NCBI GenBank assembly: GCA_963663405.2
Contig: CAXXSM010000116.1
Location: forward strand, 1-14,927
Reading direction: 5' to 3'
DNA from: a bacterium
GTDB lineage: Bacteria > Hinthialibacterota > Hinthialibacteria > Hinthialibacterales > Hinthialibacteraceae
Length of the DNA stretch: 14,927 bases
Every line of letters begins with the position of its first letter. Position 1 is the stretch's first letter. This document shows positions 7,922 to 14,927 of this stretch, in pieces. The translations under genes were made by a program, and so were the position numbers. Under the pieces are notes generated by a model. It was not told the DNA's origin. It saw only the letters and a program-made list of their open reading frames with translations, and did not search any database.

Positions 7922-9509
7922 CTATTCCCACACTTCCACAAACACAGGCTTCTTCGCCTCCACCGTCAAAGGCAGTCCCGACCGCAGTTTCCTGCCCGGT
8001 ATATTGACCGTTTCTCCGTCATTGACTTTCACGTTATACGGCGCGTCCGCTTCTACTGTAAACCACTCCGGGAACTGATTGATCCGTGGATAGTCAAATG
8101 GAAGATTGAGAATTTCTTTATGACGTGGTATATCAAAAATAACTGTCCCGGACCAATTCCAATCCGCGTTCATCGCCAGATAAACCACCCCGTCTTTTTC
8201 CACGGCGCCCAAGCAAAGATCCGCCCGCCACGGTTTGCAATAAACACCCTGCGTTTTCCACAACGCGTACATCAGCGCCGTCCTCGTATAATTCCCATCA
8301 CCATGCCAGCCCTCAATGATGCCGTCGTACCGTTGGATATTCAGCATAATCTCCGTGCTGTAATCGACCCATTCAAACGCGCCGTCATCAGGCAATCGAT
8401 TCAACAGATTCAAACCACCCTCGATCGCGTCCGCGTACCCATCCGCGATGCCCCCCTCCCATTTATAATCTTTATACTTCGGCGTATTCGCCAACACGTT
8501 CCGCACAGCGTCTAAATACCGCTCATCGTTGTCAATCTGCGCGACATTGAGGAACGCGTTGTAATCATACCCCCAGTTGTCGGACAGCGCTTCCCGTTTG
8601 ATCTCTCCCGTTTGAGGATTGACGGCTTCATAGACAAATCCATCCTCATTCATCCCCACTTCCAAAATACGGTCCAGCATTTTATGGATTGGTATATGAT
8701 ACTTCTTCTTCCGCTCTGGATCGGTATGCGCCGCGAGAAAATACGCCCCAGCCAATCCGCCGATCACCTCACACCCATGATCGTCTAGCGAAAGGTAATC
8801 CCCCTCCGTCGGCAGATGCTCTTGAAAATAGTAATCCGCTAGACGGAACGCCCACGTTTTATACCGCTCATCCTTCGTCATCCAATAAAGCCGGCACAAA
8901 ACCTGCAGTTGTTCACCATTCACCTCATGGCTATTCGAAGGAATCTTCCCAAACGGCGTGTCAACCTGCGCGTGTTTCCAAACCGATTCGTTGATCCCCA
9001 ACATCCGGTCCGACCAAGGGCTTCTCCCCAGCCATTCCGTCATCGGAATCAACCCATCTTTAACATACTCCGATCCTCCAAAGATAAGCCGATTCATATC
9101 CACATCAGGCAGGCGGAATTTCTGCGTGGCGAAATCAAAATCGTCCGGCAAATTATCGACGCGATTCGTGAGCCGGATCTCGGTATCCAACATATCCCGC
9201 ATCACGGTGTGATACAATTCCGGTTCCAAAATCGCGCAAGTTAGAACCATAAACGGATAATTATCAGCGGCTGAATCCTGCGCGTTCCACCAGGGAGAGC
9301 GGGTCAAGTTGCGTGGAATCAAGCCGGATTGCGGATCCCGGTGCGCCATCCACCCATGCGTATTGCGCACACAAACACTGAAACGCCTTCTGCGCCTGCG
9401 CGCCATTCTCCAAAGCTTTTTCAAAGAGAGTATCCGCCGGCGCCGCATACAGAGCAGGCGCAACAAGCGTTAAACAAAAGGCGAATAAAAAAAGAGAATA
9501 CGGCTTCAT
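7922..9509 (-). CDS. Secreted hypothetical protein, probable (alpha/alpha)6 six-hairpin glycosidase-like fold, ~529 aa once one frameshift at ~9365-9385 is corrected
   Basis: ATG at 9509 with an AAGGA SD and a Sec signal peptide (MKPYSLFLFAFCLTLVAPALYA-A) in the 9264..9509 frame. The body lies in the 7922..9466 frame (GWMAHRDPQSGLIPRNL...). Barrel-type repeats RLYWMTKDERYKTWA and VAQIDNDERYLDAV, many Asp/Glu/Trp/Tyr residues, and a beta-rich C-terminus. Confidence 0.75.
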
Positions 9510-9671
9510 GATTTATTCCTTTCTTTTTTCAGCCACGATTGATTTTTCACACCCATCGCGGTCTTCAATTCCATAAGATCTAATCAAGTAAACCTTAAAC
9601 GTTGAAGCCATCGAAGTTAAGATTCCTTTTAACAATAAATGGTATTTCTGGAAAAATAAATGGAGACGGCT

Positions 9672-10604
9672 ATGTACGACACAATCATCATCGGCGCCGG
9701 GCCGGCGGGAATGACCGCCGCCCTATATGCCGTGCGCGGCGAACTCAATACATTAGTGCTGGAAAAGAAAATCACGGGCGGTCAAATCGCCATGACCGAA
9801 CTCGTGGAAAATTATCCTGGTTTCCCGGATGGAGAATCAGGCGCGAATTTAGCCGAACGGTGTAAACAACAAGCGGAAAAATTCGGCGCAAAATTCAAAG
9901 ACGCCACAGTCACAGCCATCCGCCGGAATGAAAAAACATTCACACTTGTCACCGAAAACGAAGAACTCGAAACCCGGTCCGTCATCTGCGCGATGGGAGC
10001 CGATCCACGGAAACTCGGCGTCCCAGGCGAAGATCAAAACGTCGGGAAAGGCGTCTCCTACTGCGCCACCTGCGATGGATTCTTCTTCCGGGATAAGAAA
10101 ATCGTCGTCGTGGGAGGTGGAGACGCCGCCGTCGAAGAAGGCCTCTTCCTGACACGCTTCGCGTCCTCAGTCTCCATCATCCACCGGCGCGATGAACTCC
10201 GGGCCAGCAAGATCCTACAGGAACGTGTCTTCGCCCATGAGAAAATGGACGTGATCTGGGACACCATCGTTACGAAGATCAACAGCGACGAACAAAAAGT
10301 GAAGAGCGTCACCCTCAAAAACGTCAAAACTGAGGAAACACAGGATTTCGAAACCGATGGCGTCTTCATTTTCGTCGGACACATTCCAAACACACAGTTG
10401 GTCAAGGACCTGTTGGAATTAGACGAGAGCCAATTAATCAAAGTCGATCTGAATATGCATACTTCGATACCAGGAATCTTCGCCTGTGGAGACTGCCGGA
10501 CCGAAGCCGCGCGCCAGATGGTCAGCTCAGCGGGTGACGGCGCCACCGCCGCGATTCATACGATCAAATATGTGGATGAATTGAAACTCCAAGAAAACGA
10601 ATAA
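9672..10604 (+). CDS. trxB: Thioredoxin-disulfide reductase
   Basis: GAGPAG FAD motif, ENYPGF, GVSYCATCDG redox centre, GGGDAA and HRRDELRA NADPH motifs, TSIPGIFACGD. GGAG at 9662-9665 favours ATG 9672 over 9660. Confidence 0.97.
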   Translation: MYDTIIIGAGPAGMTAALYAVRGELNTLVLEKKITGGQIAMTELVENYPGFPDGESGANLAERCKQQAEKFGAKFKDATVTAIRRNEKTFTLVTENEELETRSVICAMGADPRKLGVPGEDQNVGKGVSYCATCDGFFFRDKKIVVVGGGDAAVEEGLFLTRFASSVSIIHRRDELRASKILQERVFAHEKMDVIWDTIVTKINSDEQKVKSVTLKNVKTEETQDFETDGVFIFVGHIPNTQLVKDLLELDESQLIKVDLNMHTSIPGIFACGDCRTEAARQMVSSAGDGATAAIHTIKYVDELKLQENE

Positions 10605-10732
10605 TCCGAATCCATTGAATACGGGAAACCATCGCATTAATGCATTTGGGCGTAATATTTATCAGATTTACCAATATAAAAGAGAGAAGATTCATCCATC
10701 AAACGTTTATTTACAACTGTTTCTTTATTACT

Positions 10733-10787
10733 TGGGCTAGTTGTCCGAAGGGACAAAATACAATAGCCCAGCCTTTCAAGGCTGGGC
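10733..10787. repeat. Double-hairpin intergenic element (REP-like)
   Basis: TTGTCC-gaag-GGACAA (10741-10756) and GCCCAGCCTT-tc-AAGGCTGGGC (10766-10787). TGGGCTA (10733-10739) can also pair with TAGCCCA (10764-10770). Confidence 0.65.
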
Positions 10788-10873
10788 CGATATGGTGGCG
10801 CTTAAATTCACTCTGTAATCTCCCGATAGACCGTTAACGATATAAAATATTAAGCATCGGATGAACCAGAAAA

Positions 10874-11698
10874 ATGACAAACAGCGAGACAGCAACGGCG
10901 AACGCTGAACCGGACGAAATCCGTCCCCCATCGCCTCTCCTTAAAAATATTACAATTGCGCTGGAAAACGCGGGGCGGTTGGCCAATCTCTTTTTCCAAA
11001 CTGTATACCTCTGTTTCCAACGTCCGTTCCGTGTCCGTCTGACGATCGAACAGATGATTCACATCGGCGTGATGTCAATCCCCATCGCCCTCTTGACGGC
11101 GACATTCACGGGGATGGTGCTGGTTCTGCAAACAGGTGTGCAGTTAAAACCACTGGGCATGAAGATCTACGCCAGCGGCATCTCCGCCATCAGCTTCGCG
11201 CGGGAAATCGGTCCCGTCCTGACGTCGGTCGTGTTGGCGGGCCGGGTAGCCGCCGGCATCGCGGCGGAAATCGGCACCATGAAAGTGACAGAACAGATCG
11301 ACGCGCTGAAAACGTTGGGAACCAATCCCATCAGTTACCTTGTCGTCCCCCGGTTCATCGCCTCCACGCTTATGTTTCCCGCCTTGGCGATTCTGGCTAT
11401 CGCGGTGGGTATAGCGGGTGGTTTCATCGTTGGAGTCACTCTGCTCCAGATCACACCAGGGCTTTATATCACAAATATATGGAAATTCCTGAAACTATCC
11501 GATTACCTCGGTGGTCTCTTTAAAACTATTTTTTTTGGGATGATCGTAGCCATTGTTGGCTGCTATAAAGGTTTGGAAGCGGGCTTCGGCGCCCAAGGTG
11601 TCGGTAAAGCCACTACCCAAGCCGTCGTCCTGTCATCGATCTTAATTCTTGTAGCGAACTTTTTCCTAACATCATGGATCATTCAACTGTTTCCATAA
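10874..11698 (+). CDS. mlaE: MlaE-family ABC transporter permease
   Basis: REIGPVLTSVVLAGRVAAGIAAEIGTMKVTEQIDALKTLGTNPISYLVVPR and GAQGVGKATTQAVV signatures, multiple TMs. Confidence 0.95.
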   Translation: MTNSETATANAEPDEIRPPSPLLKNITIALENAGRLANLFFQTVYLCFQRPFRVRLTIEQMIHIGVMSIPIALLTATFTGMVLVLQTGVQLKPLGMKIYASGISAISFAREIGPVLTSVVLAGRVAAGIAAEIGTMKVTEQIDALKTLGTNPISYLVVPRFIASTLMFPALAILAIAVGIAGGFIVGVTLLQITPGLYITNIWKFLKLSDYLGGLFKTIFFGMIVAIVGCYKGLEAGFGAQGVGKATTQAVVLSSILILVANFFLTSWIIQLFP

Positions 11699-11735
11699 CC
11701 GAAGCCGCACTCTCCCCTCCCATTCGGATCACGAA

Positions 11736-12482
11736 ATGATCCGCATGGAGAACGTCCATAAACAGCTGGGAGGGAAACAGATTCTCCGCGGCGCGTCCCT
11801 CTCGATCGACCGGGGTGAAACCCGTGTCATTATGGGACGCAGCGGTGAAGGCAAGAGCGTTTTAATCAAGCACATCTGCGGCCTGTTCCAACCAGAGAAA
11901 GGCGCCGTTATCGTCGAAGGCGAAGAGATTACCCGCTACAGTGAACGCGAACTGCTTCCCGTCCGGGAAAAAATCGGCTACTTATTCCAAAACGCCGCGC
12001 TCTTCGACTCCCTCTCCGTTCTGGAAAACGTCGGCTTCCCCTTATACGAAGAAGGTACCCTTACCAACAATGAAATCCAGGAACGCGTCCATTCCGTATT
12101 GGGTCTAGTCAAGTTAAAAGACGTCGAACACAAAATGCCCTCCGAACTGTCCGGGGGAATGCGGAAACGGGTCGGCCTTGCGCGGGCGATTATCCGCCAG
12201 CCCAAAATCATCCTATACGATGAACCAACGACAGGACTTGATCCCGTCACATCAGACGCCATTAACGATCTCATCATCAGCCTCGCGGAAGAATTGAAAG
12301 TCACATCCGTCATGATCACTCACGACATGGTCAGCGCTTTTAAAGTAGCGACGAAAATTTCGATGCTGTTTGAAGGCAAAATGATCTACACCGATACAAC
12401 AGAAAATACACGCAACACAGATCACCCGATCATCGATCAATTCATCAACGGCAAAGCCGAAGGGCCACTCACGGAGATTTAG
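11736..12482 (+). CDS. mlaF: MlaF/Mkl-family ABC transporter ATP-binding protein
   Basis: Walker A GRSGEGKS, FQNAALFDSL, signature ELSGGMRKRVGLARA, Walker B ILYDEPTTGLDP, H-loop ITHD. Lies between mlaE and an MCE gene. Confidence 0.95.
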   Translation: MIRMENVHKQLGGKQILRGASLSIDRGETRVIMGRSGEGKSVLIKHICGLFQPEKGAVIVEGEEITRYSERELLPVREKIGYLFQNAALFDSLSVLENVGFPLYEEGTLTNNEIQERVHSVLGLVKLKDVEHKMPSELSGGMRKRVGLARAIIRQPKIILYDEPTTGLDPVTSDAINDLIISLAEELKVTSVMITHDMVSAFKVATKISMLFEGKMIYTDTTENTRNTDHPIIDQFINGKAEGPLTEI

Positions 12483-12491
12483 GGAGCCATC

Positions 12492-13994
12492 ATGAGTAAA
12501 GAATTTAAACTGGGTCTGTTCGTCATTATTGTCTCAGCGGTTTTCCTCTTCTTCACCATCAACATGGAAAATTTCTTCAGCAAGGGCAATCGAACCGTTA
12601 AAATCTATTTCAAAGAGATCAGCACGCTCGAAGTCGGCGCGCCCGTAAAACAAAAAGGATTTGATGTAGGAGAAGTGACCGCCCGCTATCCGGAAATCGT
12701 CAGAGATGAAGATAAGCCTGAGATCTTTATCGTGGTCGAAGCGCGTGTCTCCGATGACGCCATGATCGCCAAAGATTCCGAAGCCTCCATCCAAACGCTG
12801 GGTATGATGGGCGAGAAATACATCGAAATCTCCTTCGGAACCATTGGAGGAGCGACAGGTGTCACAGTCATCAAAGGACGAGGCCCGCAAGAACTGGATA
12901 AGATTTTCGAGAGCGCGGTCGTCACATCCGAAAAAGCCCAGGAAATGATCGAAGCGTTCACTCAGATCATCAACCACCCGGATATCAAGGAAAATCTCCC
13001 TAAATTGATCACCAACATCGAAGGAATCTCGGCGAATATAAATGATCTGTTAGGGGGAGAAAAAACTGAAATTAAATCCATTGTGGAAAATTTGCAAATT
13101 GCCTCCGCGAATTTGAATTCGATTATCGCCACATCAGAAATTCTCATCTCAGACATTCATTCCCTGGTGAAGAAAAACGAAGAACACATCTCCCAAACGC
13201 TCGAGAACACCGCCATTATTTCCCAGGAGGTGCGCGACACGGTCGTTAGTGACATGAAAGTAATGTCAGGTCAACTCAAAGCCATGGCGGCCAACATCAA
13301 CGAATCCGCCTGTCAGGCCAATCAATTGATGGCAAAACTGAGCGGCGCAATCGATGACGCCAGTCCAGAAGTGAAAGATATCTTAAACAACATCACAGGC
13401 CTCTCCGAAAACGCCAAATCCGCCGCCCAGCGCATGGACAACATCTTAAATCAAGTTGAAAATGAAAATGGCTTTGTACACGACCTAATTTACGATAAAG
13501 AACTCTCTGAATTTACAAAAGAAACCGTGCAAAGTTCCGCCGCATTTTTCGATGATGTCAAATCCATCCCCGATCGATTCTCTTTCGCCGCTGAATTCAC
13601 GTATTTCTCCGATCGTCCCCGCTTCGATAATGACGACAATCATTTCCGGACCGACATGGGCGTTCAATTCGATATTAGTGAAGCGATGTATGTGTACGCG
13701 GGAGCGAACGGCCTCGGCGCCTCCAACGATCTGGAAGCCCAATTCGGCTATTGGCTCGGCCCTGTCGCTCTTCATGGAGGAATCATTGAATCCGAGTTTG
13801 GTCTGGGGATCGATTGGCGCGTCTTCGACCGCTTCATCATCGGCGCCGAAGGCGTCGGGTTGACGGATCGCCACGAAGAACGCCTCGACGTCTACGGAGA
13901 AATTCTCCTCCTCGATTATCTCTCCTTCATCGGCGGCGCGCAGGACATCACCGACGAAATCTTCCCCTACATAGGCATGAAAGCGCATTTCTAA
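12492..13994 (+). CDS. mlaD: MCE/MlaD-family protein with a long helical region and a C-terminal beta-barrel-like domain
   Basis: N-terminal TM (EFKLGLFVII...), MCE domain (LEVGAPVKQKGFDVGEV...IQTLGMMGEKYIEI), ~220 aa of heptad-like helix, then amphipathic beta-strands ending YIGMKAHF. GGGAG SD just upstream. Confidence 0.9.
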   Translation: MSKEFKLGLFVIIVSAVFLFFTINMENFFSKGNRTVKIYFKEISTLEVGAPVKQKGFDVGEVTARYPEIVRDEDKPEIFIVVEARVSDDAMIAKDSEASIQTLGMMGEKYIEISFGTIGGATGVTVIKGRGPQELDKIFESAVVTSEKAQEMIEAFTQIINHPDIKENLPKLITNIEGISANINDLLGGEKTEIKSIVENLQIASANLNSIIATSEILISDIHSLVKKNEEHISQTLENTAIISQEVRDTVVSDMKVMSGQLKAMAANINESACQANQLMAKLSGAIDDASPEVKDILNNITGLSENAKSAAQRMDNILNQVENENGFVHDLIYDKELSEFTKETVQSSAAFFDDVKSIPDRFSFAAEFTYFSDRPRFDNDDNHFRTDMGVQFDISEAMYVYAGANGLGASNDLEAQFGYWLGPVALHGGIIESEFGLGIDWRVFDRFIIGAEGVGLTDRHEERLDVYGEILLLDYLSFIGGAQDITDEIFPYIGMKAHF

Positions 13995-14045
13995 AAAAAA
14001 AACAATTCCCTCACCTCTCAATCAATCATCCAAAACGATATAGCG

Positions 14046-14054
14046 TGTTATAAT
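14046..14054 (+). promoter_or_regulatory. Extended -10 promoter element upstream of radA
   Basis: TGtTATAAT is a perfect TGn-TATAAT, ~80 nt upstream of the radA GTG. Confidence 0.55.
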
Positions 14055-14133
14055 GAACCGAATGGGGACCAAGGGCTATTACGCGCTCTCATGCCAAAAC
14101 AAATATTTTTTCGCCCTTGCATGATTTGAAACC

Positions 14134-14927
14134 GTGAAAAATAAAACAATCTTCGGCTGTACCGCCTGCGGTTACACACAAACAAAATGGTTCGGGAAAT
14201 GCCCGCAATGCGGTGAATGGAACAGCGCCGTGGAAGAACGCGCGCCCGCGTCCACCCCACGCGAAAAAGCCCTGAAAGCGCGCCCCCTCTTCGGAGCCGG
14301 AATCAATCGCGAACATCACCATCCAGGAAAGCAGCCGGTATACGACGGGAATCTCAGAAGTGGACCGCGTCTTGGGCGGAGGCGTTCTTCCTGGAGCGGC
14401 GATACTCTTGGGCGGCGAACCGGGCGTCGGCAAATCGACGCTTCTCCTTCAAATCGCCGACCGCATCGCCGACTCATACGGCCGTGTTCTATATCTCAGC
14501 GGTGAGGAATCCCCCAACCAGATCAAACTCCGCGCGGACCGACTGCAAAGCCGATCCGCCGAACTGTACGTCAAAGCGGAAAACCAAGTCGAAGCGATGA
14601 TCGAAGACATCCGTTCCCAACAGCCGTTCCTCGCAATAATCGATTCGATTCAAACAACAATCTGGTCTGAACTGACCTCCGCGCCCGGCAGTGTCGGGCA
14701 GGTCAGGGATTGCACAGCGCTATTAGTCCGCTTGGCGAAAGAGACAAACACCCCCATTATCCTAGTCGGCCATGTCACCAAAGATGGAGCCATCGCCGGC
14801 CCCCGCATGTTGGAACACCTTGTCGATGTCGTGCTCTACTTCGAAGGGGAACTCCACCAGAATTACCGGCTCCTGCGCGGAATCAAAAACCGGTTCGGTT
14901 CGACATACGAAATCGGAATCTTCGACA
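14134..14927 (+). CDS. radA: DNA repair protein RadA/Sms (partial, runs off the window), with one frameshift at ~14276-14291
   Basis: C4 zinc finger CTACG...WFGKCPQCGEWNS in the first frame. The +1 frame carries TGISEVDRVLGGG, Walker A GEPGVGKST, YLSGEES, IIDSIQT, GHVTKDGAIAGPRMLEHLVD and KNRFG. Confidence 0.95.

Noticed and set aside
7823-8515. 230-aa plus-strand ORF
   Set aside because: Starts inside the REP doublet and is antisense to a well-supported gene.
9380-9466. Arg-rich N-terminus MLRLLCMRRRR... as a Tat signal
   Set aside because: Wrong-frame translation. The real N-terminus is the Sec signal starting at 9509.
10640-10837. 65-aa ORF between trxB and mlaE
   Set aside because: Runs through the hairpin element and has no convincing SD or protein-like pattern.
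13485-14021. 178-aa minus-strand ORF
   Set aside because: Antisense to the mlaD C-terminal domain, with no independent support.
14276-14291. Programmed ribosomal frameshift in radA
   Set aside because: No canonical slippery heptamer, I know of no such recoding in radA, and three similar indels in the window point to assembly error.

Overview
Bacterial chromosomal window, probably from a diderm. Gene content resembles PVC or candidate-phylum genomes, but the taxon cannot be determined from this sequence. Left: the end of an envelope-protein cluster (3' stub of an upstream gene, a vWA/GATase1-like membrane protein split by one indel, and a 953-aa DUF4175-like protein). Then an AT-rich insert (~5182-6570) with a 70-aa hypothetical gene, a GC-rich hairpin, a DUF4160/DUF2442 toxin-antitoxin-like pair and a possible truncated attC site. 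On the minus strand are a GT4 glycosyltransferase and a secreted (alpha/alpha)6-barrel-like protein, separated by a perfect GTAG-type REP doublet. On the right are trxB, a second hairpin repeat, a minimal mlaE-mlaF-mlaD operon whose MlaD is long and ends in a beta-barrel-like domain, and the 5' part of radA. Four genes carry apparent single-indel frameshifts, most likely assembly errors. The most interesting signals are the envelope-spanning MlaD architecture, the uncharacterised DUF4175-like and secreted proteins, and a sharp third-codon-position skew switch next to the AT-rich insert.
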